DNA from: Amoebophrya sp. A120
Lineage: Eukaryota; Protista; Dinoflagellata
NCBI GenBank assembly: GCA_905178155.1
Contig: CAJINV010000003.1
Location: forward strand, 2,127,065 to 2,191,064
DNA: 64,000 nucleotides
Reading direction: 5' to 3'
Within the stretch, counting starts at the first letter, position 1, and the number at the start of each line of letters is the position of its first letter. The notes beneath the pieces are model-generated. The model saw nothing but the letters and a program-made list of their open reading frames with translations. It was not told the origin of the DNA and did no database searches. A program made the translations under genes and the position numbers. Positions 23,401-34,849 of this stretch are shown one piece after another.

Positions 23401-24690
23401 GTTGCGCGCAAGGATTTTCTCAAGCTGAGGCTTCCCCGACCCGAGCCGTCCTTTGCATTATCCTGCATAAGTTTCGCACGCAAACTCTCCAGGGTTCGCG
23501 ATTGATCCGAGGACGCGCGCTTGTGGGCGGTCGACTGGCGCTTTCGGTTCCACAAGTCCTCCTCCGGCGCCTCCGCACCTTCCTCCACCAGCGGCGTCGC
23601 AGTCTTCAAATAGCCTGCGGAATCGCGTCGGTTCCCACCTACTTGATGTCCGTCCTCCCGAGCCTTCTCACGACCCGCTTGTGCCAGCTGGCGCATTTTT
23701 TCTTCCTTGTAGGCCGAGCGCTCCTCCCGGAGCATTTTCGACAGTGTGACGCTCGCAACTGCACGAGAGGCTTGCATCGGCGCAAACGCGAGATCTGCGG
23801 AAACGCTACGCCGGCTTCCGCTTTGGTCTTGGTCTAGATCGGTGCCTCTTTCCGCGAAAGGATGATCCTGGCCTCGATCAGACGTGCAGCCCGCTTTCGC
23901 AGTGCCCGCCGATGCTGATTTAGCTCTTCTGCCGGCAGCGGCATTCTTCAGATGTTGACCAGTTGAAGCCTTATTGCTATGCGCATGTCCGTGCGAAGAT
24001 CCCGGTAATAGCACCGCTTGCTCTGTTCTTTTGCACATGACCATCAAGCGAAACAGATGCTTCCAGTCTTCGTATTCGAGGATCGACACGCCCATGGGGA
24101 TCCCCGGTACTGTAGTGGTGGTCCGCTGCAACACGGCTCGGCTTTTCCTACTGGCCGCGGCACCGCTGGGATTCAAGAGATCGCTCTGGAAAATACTCGA
24201 GCGCCGAGCCCGTGCAGGTGGGGGGGCAACGCCACCTCCACCGCCCGGCAGCAGGCCGGGAGTACCGCCAATGGCAATACTATTTCCCCGCCGCGGCCGT
24301 GGACTGATCGGTGAGATCGAAGCACGCCCCATCTCGGACGTGATGCCTGAGAAAATTGGTTCGGATTCCTCATGCACATGAGCCAAATAGACATCGACAC
24401 TCCTTTCATCAGAAATGCGAAAGCCTCAAACCGAAAACTAGACTGAGCGGGGCTACACCACATGATCATAATTATCGCAGTTTTCATTTACAGCGCTACG
24501 AAGAAAAGTCAACTAGTGTATGCAGCCTCCCACCTGCCTTAGAGACCAATGACGGACCGTGTCGACGAGCGGTGGCCGTGCTGACCTCCTGCTGCAACGG
24601 GTCCGAGGACATCTTCCAGCTTTTGCGCATCCCGTCCATGGTCTGCGATCCGCCTCCGACACCGAGCAAAGCTCGCGCATCCTCATCCAT
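17457..24690 (-). CDS. Very large low-complexity (Ser/Arg/Ala-rich) hypothetical protein with a C-terminal coiled-coil region; multi-exon
   Basis: Long ORFs 22341-24386 and 17457-22295 can be joined through GT (~22355) and CAG (~22203) sites. Probable first exon MDEDARALL at ~24690-24533. Heptad-like Lys/Glu/Arg/Leu-rich C-terminus. Confidence 0.7.
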
Positions 24691-25214
24691 GTTGGCCCTA
24701 GCGGGCTTTTTTGTAGTGACACTTGTCGTCACATTTTTGAAGGTAAAATGGTTCGAAAGAGAAGAGACGCAGGGTCACAGCAGAGGATCACAAGGATTAT
24801 TCACCTTCTTAACATGCTTTCCGTTGCAGTACTCAATCCTTTTCCAACGTGGACCTGTGGGTGCCGAGGTTTATCGAATAGAAAAAAAAAACAACTTTTT
24901 ATTTCGCAGAAATAACTCTGCAATGCATCACGCTTATGACATTCAAGCGGCAGCGGATGTGCTCACAAAATGCTGACATCAATATGAATGTATGAATGAG
25001 TAACTGACGCGAAAGCATGACACAGACTCACGACACGAGGGAAAAAACATGCGACACACGTCGAAATATACTCCACCGCGAACACTCCTTACGCCCCTCC
25101 TGAAGTCAAAGACACGCGGGCAACCCCAGCGCGACTTCCTTCGCGCTATAGATTTGCCCTCCTGTTGGGTGAGGGAGTAACCACTTACAAGCTTCGACCC
25201 CATACTTACACAAC

Positions 25215-27330
25215 CGCTCCCGGTCCAGGCAGAAGGGGGACCAGGCCCCGCGGCGACGCGGGCCCGCGCGGGGCGACGCGATGGCAGCAGCGGAATAGGG
25301 CCGAGTGCTTACTGCGCCCTTCCCGAATTGCCGCAGAGAACGAACGCACGAGGCGCCGGCTTGCGCGCGCCGAAGGCGCGCCCCGCTTGCGGGGCGAGCC
25401 GCGGGCGCCGCGAAAGTGCGAAAAACTACGCCCATACGGGCACGAAAACAGGGCGCATATAGGCGCCCTATTTGCGCCCAGTTTGAAAAATTGCGGCTGG
25501 CCGCGCGCCGTGCCGCAGCCGCAGCATCAAAGTAAAGCGATCGCGTGGAAAAGGCGCGCTCGTGTTTGGCACATGAAGGGAGAAGCCCGGCGAAAAATGC
25601 TGCCAAGACAGGCCGCACGCGAGGGCGCCACGCCCTCGAGGCACCAAAACGACCGCGGCCCTCCCAATCGCCTGCCCGCCCGGTGCGCCAAAACGACGGC
25701 GGCCCCCGGCCTCGCGCCGGAGCACGGAGAAGGCCCGAAACGGGCTGCCCGCATGCGCCCAGCACCAAAGCGATACTGAACGAAGGCGGCTGGCCTCGCG
25801 GCCGGCCGCCTATTCGTGTCGCCTGGAGCAACAGCCCCGGCGCACCATGCGCGGCAGCCGGGCCCAACACACTGCCCCCGCGCGCGCTTGCGTGCTTGCC
25901 TGCTGCTGGCAGGAGTGGGCCCCGCGCCGCCCTACCCGGCAGGGGCGGCCGGCGGGCTTCAGCGCGCCGCGCGCTGCTACGTCTCGCGGCCGTCACCCCC
26001 CGCCAGTAGGTCTCGGCCATCGGGTCCAATGCCTGTCGGCCCACAAACGACGCACATCGCCACGACTGCAATAGCCATCACGGGGTCGCTCTGGGTCAGG
26101 AGCGTCATGCATTTCGCGAATTTGGTCAATCGCGGGGACGGCCCCTCCCTGGGGGCGGCGTCCGGCCGCCAGCCAAGCGCGCGCCCCCCGCCCCTGGGGC
26201 GCCACGGCGCGGCCGCCGCCTGCTTTACAAGCGGCGGGCGGGCTCGCAATACTGGCGCGAACTTTCTTTTTCCCAGAGATTTCGCCAGCGGCCCGGCCGA
26301 GCTCTTTCTGTAGTTTTGCCAGGGCCCTGCTCGCTCGGAGACCCGTTACCCTGTACCAAAATCAGGACAGCCGGGGTTCGGAGTGCAGTAGGCTACCCCT
26401 TCCACCCGGCCCTTCTCATTTGGGGGCCGGGCCGGCAGGTCCGGGTCACCAGTCCCGCGCAGTTTGCTCATTACATAGAAAGCTAAGCAGGAGGCCCGCC
26501 CGGCGATCCGAGAACGAACAGGCGCGCCTCGTGGCCAACGTTCCACCCAAAACCGCCACAGCTATCCGCGCCGCCCAGAGCGCCCCCCCCAATGGGCACG
26601 CGTGCCGTCATCGAAATGCGCGCCCTGCGCAGCCCAGGCGCGCCGCAGTGCCGGCTCCTTTCCATTTCTCGCACAACGAAGGGCCACCCAGCCATGGGGT
26701 TCCGGCAATGGGACTCGCCGGCCCCGGGGCCCGGACTTCTTCGAGGGGCAGGACCTCATAGCGCGAAGCGCGCCCCGGAAACAACGAACGCCGCCCCGCT
26801 GAGGCCGCTCTCCTGCGGCCGGCGGAGACGCCTGCTCTCGGTAGTTCTGCTCCTGCTGGACCTGCACGGGCGCGGCCCCTGTCGCTGCGTACTGGGGGGC
26901 TAGGGTCTCGGCCCCCGCGGGCCGACGGCGATCGCATGCGAGAGGCGGAATGGCCCGCGCAACAGCGCTCGGAGCGGGGGCCGGTGGATTGCCCCGGCGC
27001 GCGGCGGCAGCCTCGGGACGCGCGCTCGCGCCCCGCGCGGCGCTGCGAGTTTTCTCCGCCCCCCCCCGGCCCGCGCGACCGGCGCCACACGGATCGCCGC
27101 GGCCGCTCGCGCTGCCGATGCCAGGCTCTTCGAAAACCGGCCGCGCTCCTTCCGTCAACAGTCCTGGTAAGCCCCTGCCGCATGCACTTGGTAAATGTTA
27201 CGGAAGCCAGTGGGCTCATCTGGGGCCAAATGCGACCCGGGCGGGAGTGCTTGCCGGGGCCACTTGCGGCCCGGGCGGATCTGCGTGCTCGCGCCCCATC
27301 GGCCGGCGACGGCTCCCCCAGAATGGAACT
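25215..27330. other. GC-rich degenerate island (probable decayed mobile element or pseudogene)
   Basis: Same compositional signature and similar length as the other two islands. Protein-like remnant PVQVQQEQNYREQ on the minus strand near 26830-26870. Boundaries approximate. Confidence 0.55.
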
Positions 27331-27798
27331 TAGGTGCAAGGGAAAGCCTTAGAGCCTCAAACAGGTCGGGGAATGAAGCCACTATAGCTAAACGCGACCC
27401 GCGGGTCTTCGTTTTCACGAACAGACACTCCTATCTCTTCAAGTAGTTTGCCATCGCTGTGCACCTGCACGTATGCGCCACAGAACGTGTGCCAGGATGC
27501 GCCATTTCTTTTTGTACTTAGTTCCTTCTGCGAGGGCGAGCACTTGCACTACTAGTAGTAGCATGTATTACAGTTGTTTCATTCAAACTTGATACAACAG
27601 TGTCCTTGCACTTGCAGATGCAGGTACTTCAGAACCATAAGTTCCTCACATACTACAGGCGCAAATGTGTTGCGTTATTCCTATGGATCCTGCTCAGAAG
27701 GTCCCTGTCGTCTCAACGATGAAAAAGTCGCTTTTCTAGATTTCGAGAGTGGCACACATCCAGCCAGACTACGCGATCCACATCGTCCACCTCCCTCG

Positions 27799-29713
27799 TC
27801 ACAACAAGAACGGCGAAAAGCGCCACCTCCATACTTTCGCGGTTTTGTCGTCGGATGCTGTGACCACCTGGAGCGTTTTCCAGCGAGCATTTTTGTCTTT
27901 CTCGTCCAGTTCTCGATCTCCGGCATCGTCCGCGAGCAGGACGTCCAATGCAAGGATGGAATCCTGGTGCCCGCAAAACGTGTGCAGGCAATCCCCGGTG
28001 TGCGGACTCCAGACGCGTGCGGTCCAGTCCAAACTGCCACTGATTAGCAACTCCCCACCGGGTGTCCACTTCAGCGCTGTAACACCCCCACACTCGTGAG
28101 CTTGCACGTCGTGAACGGCATGGAAGTTGCGCAAGTTCCACATTTTCACCTGCAAGTTTAGGAAACTCAATTTCTCTTTTACTCAAACGTGAGGCAATAC
28201 ACAAGATGAAAGCGATAAAGCCCTTGTTATCTTGTTCCACCTGAATTTGCTTTGGAGAAATTTGAAAAGCAATTTACCTTTCCGTCAAGTGCCGCAGTTG
28301 CCAGGAAAATATCCGGCTGCCAGGTCCCAGCAACTCTTGGTTGGAAGCTGACCACTTCGACTGCTCCTTCGTGTGCGGGCGTGAAGCTCTTCACCACTTT
28401 TCCCTTGCCGGTCTCCAACATGGTCAGAAGATGCACTTCGCCCTCACTCGTGCCGACCGCAAAAAGGTTTTGCACTTGGGTTTTGCTCAACCCGCTTGCA
28501 GCAACATCCACCTGTGTTTGTGCGTGGTATTTTTAACCTCATGAACTTGAACAACATGAGTTATTTTGAAGATTCACTGTTTTTCACTAAATTGATGCAG
28601 AAGATTCAGAACCGCGACGGCTACCAACGGCAACGTTCCTGCGTTTAGAATTTTCGTTTTCCGAACAACATTTGAATTTCCCATGTTTTCGCTATGATTC
28701 GTATGACCTATTACCTGATTCGTGTCGCCAAGGCACGTAATCTCCTGTTCGTGAACGACCTGAAGTCGGTCGACGGACTGCCCCGATTTGGGCGCCCAGA
28801 CGATGACCTGGCCGTCCTTGCAGCCCGTGGCGATGAGCTTGCCACCCTGAATGAAACCGCCACACGTGACGCCGTCCTGGTGCCCGCTGAAGACTTGCAT
28901 GCAGTGCCCACTGTCCCCGTGCCACATCCACGTGGTGGTGTCCGCACTGCCCGCCAGGACAATATTGCCCTTTGGATGCCAGCAGCCCCATTCCAGTTCC
29001 GCTCCCGGGCCTTCTAACGTGTGGGACAGGGTGGCGGAGACGGATCTATTGCTGGGGTCGACCGCTACCTTGTGCACGTGCGTTACCCCGTCGTAGCCCA
29101 CCGTGCATACTTCTGTCCTGCTGTGATTTCTCGCGACGGCAATCACGCTGTCGGTGTGTTTTTCGAGAGCAGCCACGGAAACCAATTCCAGAGGTTCTTG
29201 GCCGGGTTCGACGCAGGGCTCTTTGATGTCGCTGTTTCTGTTTCTTTCCGTGCTGTCCGCCATGTCCACGTCACCTGTGGTATTGTCGCTGGACTCTCGA
29301 TCTGCTGCGACCACGCTAGTTGAAGATGAGGAGGCACTGCTGCCGGAAGATGTCGACTTTTGCAGTGACACCACATACGCCTGGTCGTCTTGTCCGCTGG
29401 TGCAAAACGTCCAGGGGTTCAGGAAGCAACAATTCAACACGGCGTCCTCGTGCTTCGAAAAAGTGAAAACGGAGGTGTCCTCGTCTTCACCCATTTCCAA
29501 ATCACCATCGAGTTCGACGCCTAATTGCATCTCGTCTTCGTCCAAAAAATCCAATCCCGCGTCATCCTCCTCCCCTAGATCGGAGAGCTCCTCAAGCTCC
29601 GCCCGGAGCCGCGCGTCGTCCTCCTCGTTCTGCTCATCCGGGACCACGAAGGTTTCTTCTTCGTGCGCGAGGCGCTCAACATTGTCTTGTTCCTGGTCGT
29701 GCTGTCCCGACAT
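27799..29713 (-). CDS. SQT1: WD40-repeat protein, SQT1/AAMP family (uL16/Rpl10 chaperone)
   Basis: Acidic N-terminus followed by WD repeats, with the family-typical LEGPGAELEWGCWHPKGNIVLAGSADTTTWMW and CMQVFSGHQDGVTCGGF. GT-AG exons ~29713-28714, ~28511-28278, ~28150-27799. Confidence 0.75.
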
Positions 29714-30322
29714 TCTGACTTTCAATTCAAATCGAACGTAGATGTAGATCTAGGGAACATCAACAGAAATAAATAGCAAGCCACTACCACGTACGTAAGA
29801 GTCACACTACTGACAAAGTCTCCTTGTTATCGTAGTTGCAGAGTTGTCTGTGCGGTCCGTGTAAAATCTTTTAGAAATTTCAGAAGCAATCGGCTGAAAA
29901 AAAGACTTTGTCGTTTGTCCTCAGCATGATACACGAGAATCAATATTCGATCAGGTAGCGTGGATCTCGTTGATTTCTGTGTCTGAAGACTCACTTTTCG
30001 TTCTTCCAGCGACTCGCAGATCTTTACCGTGATCATCCGTGGAACCAAATCAGGATCGAGATCATACAGTAGAAATTTTGAGCTGCTTGTCCATCGAGCC
30101 ACTACAGATCTCCTTCAAGCGCTATATCAGCCGAAAAGCTTTCGTTTATTTGCACTCAGAACGACAGGTCGTGTGTCGGATCTCTACTTCAAGAACAATT
30201 GTACCCGAATTTCCCATGCTGCGAAAGCGAAAGCAGAAAAATGGATCCGGAATACTTCAATGTCGCTATACTAGTTTCGCAAGCACGTATCGTTCAGCGT
30301 CAGCACAAATTGCGATCTTTCA

Positions 30323-31270
30323 CTACCTGTCGCTCGCGGAGGTGCCAAGCGACTTGCGGGCCTCATGAGGTTGCTGCAACGTCTTATCTTGGTTTTCTTG
30401 GATGCGTCGCAGATTTTCTGAGATGATTTGGTCAATGCCCTGGTTCTGTGCGTTTTTCGTTCGCGTCGCATCCGCCTGCTCGTCGCGTAAACGGCGCTCC
30501 TGTTGAACGATCAGCTCCCGTTTTCGTTGCTCGTACTCCCGCAGAATCTCCGCTTTTCGATGCTCCCAGCGCTTTGCTAGCTCACGCTGCACTGTTTGTT
30601 GAATCTCGTTTTGGACCTCGGTTGACTTGAGTTTTTCGACCACCTGCTTTTCCAGTTCCTCGGTGACCAGCAGCTCAGACTCGCTCCCAGAAGGGGAGGA
30701 ATCATGTTCCGCTACTCCTTCCTCACTGCTCCCAAGAACATTCTTGGTCGCCAAAGAACTCGCAGGAACGACGTTGGTGCTAGAACCCGACTTGAGCCGA
30801 TCTCTGTTCTGTCCAGGACGCGGGGGCCTCTTGGCATGGTCCTTGTCTCCTTCTTTGTCCCGACGGTCATCTACGACCTTGTCTTTCTCATCCTCGTCGT
30901 CCGGGGATTTATTTCGCTTCTCCTTCTCCCCAGCTTTATTTCCCCTCTTTTCCTCTTTCCGTCTAGCGTCAGTGGCGGCAGAGAGATCGTCGTCTTCCTC
31001 TTTCACCCAGCGCGCGTGACGGGCCGCTCGGTCCAGCGTCGCTCGATCTCGGTCGCCCAGCTGGGGCGATTTTCGCTTTTCCCTTCTACGGTCCTGCCCC
31101 CTGTCCTTTGACACGACCCGATTACGGCGAGGAGGACCCCGATCGGGTGTTCGTCGCCTTCCCGACCGATTGCGATTTCGCCGCTCTCTGCTGATGCTGC
31201 GCTCTCGGTTCTGTCGCTTTCTGTCGTTTCGCCTGCCGCGCGAAGAAGACCTGCGCCGGCGCTTGCTCAT
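30323..31270 (-). CDS. Arg/Ser-rich protein with a Glu/Arg-rich coiled-coil C-terminus, ARGLU1-like (splicing-associated)
   Basis: RS-rich N-terminus. C-terminal VVEKLKSTEVQNEIQQTVQRELAKR...IDQIISENLRRIQENQ resembles the ARGLU domain. The 3' end may be spliced further (CAG|GTAG at ~30325). Confidence 0.6.
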   Translation of the reverse strand: MSKRRRRSSSRGRRNDRKRQNRERSISRERRNRNRSGRRRTPDRGPPRRNRVVSKDRGQDRRREKRKSPQLGDRDRATLDRAARHARWVKEEDDDLSAATDARRKEEKRGNKAGEKEKRNKSPDDEDEKDKVVDDRRDKEGDKDHAKRPPRPGQNRDRLKSGSSTNVVPASSLATKNVLGSSEEGVAEHDSSPSGSESELLVTEELEKQVVEKLKSTEVQNEIQQTVQRELAKRWEHRKAEILREYEQRKRELIVQQERRLRDEQADATRTKNAQNQGIDQIISENLRRIQENQDKTLQQPHEARKSLGTSASDR

Positions 31271-31853
31271 GTTGGTTTCTACTTTTGTGCACTCACCGCA
31301 AAGAACACAAAATCAAAATCTCAAATCGAAATCGATATGTATGTGGTATGATCAGTGTTGGGTAAGTCAGTGTAAGGTAACAAGACAAACACTTTCACTT
31401 TTTTGTTTTCACGCTACTATTCTTGGAGCACTGCGGAGACATTCCAACCTATACGATTGCCGATGCAGAAGGGGGTCAGCATACAAACAAGAAAAAGGAA
31501 CTTTCGGTTGTCGAGCATCCTTTCGTGCCGGCATTTGTGGCTGCGTCGTCCAGTTGTAAAAATATCATGACTAGGACTCGTCAGGCTGAGAACCTAGAAA
31601 AGTGACCAAACGCCAACCAAGGAGACGAGCAAGTCCTAGTCTACCTGCGTGTACGTGGTCGAGCGGGTTGCAGCTTTTCCTTTTTGATTTTGTCAACGAC
31701 ATCGCAATGAAACACTGAAACCTGTTGAATCGCTCCGGACTGGAAAGGCGAACACCTATCTCCGACCTGCAATTCTTTTGTTTCTTTCGCTCTCGCACGC
31801 AGAGAACTATTATCGGTTTGAATCTACTGGATCCTGAACTTGTTTCCGCTACT

Positions 31854-33019
31854 GATGGTCTGAATCTACTGGATCCTGAAAAGACACTAGCGACAATGCC
31901 CGGGTGGAGAACGAACATTGCAGCGATAAGACGATGAAACAAGCACGACGGGCTTCTCTTTTCCTTACCCGCCGCCGAAGAAAGGTTTGTTTTTTTTGTT
32001 TTTTCGCATCCCCAAGAAACTCAATCGTGAAAAAGAAGCTTCTCGTTCGCCCTGTGAGGAGCATATCCCCAGGAAAGGACTATTTTTCTCACGTTTTGCA
32101 CAGTATCCAGCAACATCCGCGATGGCTGCATGTCGATTGCTTCTTCGTGTACCTCGGTCTACTTTTTGCTGGTGCTACTTAGTCTTAAATGAAAGTAGCG
32201 CCGAAGCTAGTCCTGGTTTGTGTACAATGGGGCTACTGTTTCTTATAATTTCTCATCTAATTTTTTCTGTACAGTGTACGTTTCATCCTATTTTTTTTGC
32301 AGCACACGACACTGATTCATTTTAATTTTTCTTCGAAACTATTCAATCTTACATTTTTGCCTGTCGCGTCTGATTTCGATTCGGTCGTAATTGTGACTGG
32401 TGTCTCAAGAACTTCAAGTGGTTGTAAAAAGTCTGCTAAAATTGTGAAACGGATCGATAAGGTGCAAATTGAATTTGGTTTTGGTACAATAGAAATTTGT
32501 TAGCGAAACTGCAATGCAATTTTTGATAAAATTCGTTGTTCAAGCATCAAAGGTAAAGCTGTTGTAAGTCTGTTCGAAAGTTGTCAACGGAGTTGCAAAT
32601 GAAGCTACTGTTGTGTGAAACAGTCTTTGATTCTGTAAAGCGAAACGGTTGTATTCCCATACATAGTAAATGTCTCGATAAATTCAGAATCGTACAGTGT
32701 TGAACTAGTTTTAATTTTTCGGTTAATCCGTGTGGCACGTTACAAATAATGATTTTTTCTGTCGTTTCTATTATCGAATCCGCCTGTCTTTTTCGTATTA
32801 TTCTTCCGACGTAAGTTTCCTCTAAAATCTGCTGAAAATTCCGCGCGGCTATCATTGTTGTTCGCGCGAGTTATTTGAGTTTTAACTGGCAACTGCTGTG
32901 TCCGCTCGTGTTTGATTTTGTTTCTCGTTTTACAGTGAAATTCCTAGCGATAGTTAATTTGGATATGCTGAGAACTAGAAATTGAAGCGTAGCACCTTTT
33001 CATCCTCTTCGGTTATCGG
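31854..33019. mobile_element. ~1.15-kb insertion or duplication segment (element X) between target copies 1 and 2, with an AT-rich decayed reading frame
   Basis: Bounded by target copies. AT-rich 32300-33000. Minus-strand ORF 32547-32855 continues in frame past TGA and TAG stops (…QQLYL*CLNNEFYQKLH…). No family recognised. Confidence 0.5.
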
Positions 33020-33087
33020 GAACTATTATCGGTTTGAATCTACTGGAGTTCAAGTTCAAGTTCAAGTAGTATTTTTTTTCAACGGGG

Positions 33088-34021
33088 GAGGCGGCAGGCT
33101 GCTATCTTCCTATGGCTCTGGATTGGCGGCAACAGGGCTAGAAGCTACTAGATGATACCTAACCTCACCACTAAGCAATAGTAGGGGTAGTGCCTGTCCG
33201 AGCGGGAGCACCCACTCACATATAAACCTATTCTGTCAGGTTCTTACTTTTTAATTTTTTCCTAAGACTTTCCCCTTAGGTCCTTAGGGGACTCGACGAA
33301 CTTTTGCTCGGTAGCGGTAAATGCTTATTCCGCTGACTTGGATCGATTCTTCCATTTGTAAAACTAAAAAGAGCACAGGAAGCACCCAGATGGCCCCTTT
33401 TATTTTTAGCAGCTCGATGACTATATGTATGACCGACGCGAAAAAGTAAACTACCCCTCCTCGACAAAAACTCTCCGAGCGCATGCATGCTTCTTTTCTA
33501 TTGCTACTGATCCGCACAGTAGTCTTTGACAAAAATTTCATAATGATCTTATCTTGCCTTTTCCGAGGGGGCGCTACGCGGAAAACTAATCTAGTGCTCG
33601 GACCTAAAAGGGAGCCACAGGTCTGCATGCAACATAGCAGGTATGGGAAATCGGCATACAAGATGAAATGCCACGCACTGGCAAAAAATAGTGTCTACTT
33701 TGGTCGTGCTTCCTGCTCCCCCTGCGAATCCCCCGGCCGGCACCGCAACCACCGGCGCAACGGCAGAGCGTGGGATGTGGATATTTTAAGCCCAGTCTTG
33801 CTGTGGCCTATTCTATAGCCATCCCGTTATCAACATACCTCCTAGCGGTGTTTAAGGATTAATTTTGGTTAGCACCTGGCGCAACAGGTGAAGCTATAAA
33901 AAACTATTTATAGAAAGAGTTTAAACGACCAGAAAATCACCGCGAGGTTCTAAGTTATAAGGCTAAACAAAAGCTACTTATTTCCAGATCGCCCTATGTT
34001 TCCTTTCTTGCTTGCCGCCTC
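33088..34021 (+). ncRNA. Candidate large structured RNA, module A (~930 nt)
   Basis: Ends pair (gaggcggcagg 33088-98 / cttgccgcctc 34011-21). Many internal helices are conserved or covarying with module B (see findings). Confidence 0.65.
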
Positions 34022-34849
34022 TCGGATTTTTTGTCTCTAAAGCTAAAACTTGTCACGCCACGAACCCTTGCTGCTCACAGCTTCATCAACCTCATCTCCG
34101 TTTTTTATTCGCGATCTGTCCGCTGGTGGTAGTAGTTCTCGATGATGCACCCGCCGCGCAACGCTACGCAGCTGGACATAGTAAAGGGTAGCGGCCCTCG
34201 TCCCACAATTTGTAGACCGCAAAACCCATCTCCTTCGCGCAGGGCAAGCAGATTGGCGCGCCGCATCTAGATCAGCTTCCGGCGTTGCTTCGGCCGGGGG
34301 GACGCAGCCGCGTGGTACTTTGGCCGCTGCTGGGCGAATTTTGTCCGTAGTGTCGCTGTAGATGATCACGCATTCTACGCCCGTCCATCCAAACGCCCTT
34401 CTTGCAGCGTAGAGCCGCCGTGCCTCCTGCGAAAAGTCGCCTCTTCCCGTCAGCCTGAGAAAAAACATATTTTCAAAACAGCCCCGGAGAGCTGCCGTCT
34501 GAATCGAGGATCAATCTCATCTATCAACACAAAAACTATCTCTACCTCCTGTTTATTTTCAATTCTATCAACATTAACTATAAGCAAAACAAAATAATCG
34601 CTTCTGCGCATGACAAAATCGTAAGAATTAGTATCCTTTTCCCGTTTCGCCGCGGCAGGCTTCTTTCCTCTCCCAGTCACTCGGTGTGCCGTCACACGTG
34701 TGCCCTCGTTCCGTTAATTCGCGATCTGCTCGCTGGTAGTAGTAGCCCGCGTTGATGCGCCAGCCACGCGGCGATGTGCTGCATACAGGACTTGCGGGAT
34801 GGAAGCTCTCCCCGTCCTGAAAATATGGGGGGTCGCAGCTTCACGGTGG

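Noticed and set aside
8205-27352. Numerous Ala/Arg/Gly/Pro-rich ORFs within the three GC-rich islands
   Set aside because: Expected from stop-codon scarcity at high GC; overlapping in all frames with no domain signatures.
32790-32830. ETYVGRIIRKR as a possible GIY-YIG second motif
   Set aside because: No upstream GIY/VVY motif and no downstream R..EH; too weak.
33640-33745. Minus-strand GRGIRRGS and FILYADF resembling reverse-transcriptase motifs (GxxQG, YADD)
   Set aside because: No catalytic DD, the motifs are not in one frame, and module B reads LVMIYDRK at the equivalent place. Conservation is at the nucleotide/pairing level. A very old RT relic cannot be fully excluded.
33785-33800. 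TAAGCCC resembling the pistol ribozyme pseudoknot strand
   Set aside because: The complementary GGGC is hundreds of nt away, and the other pistol elements are absent.
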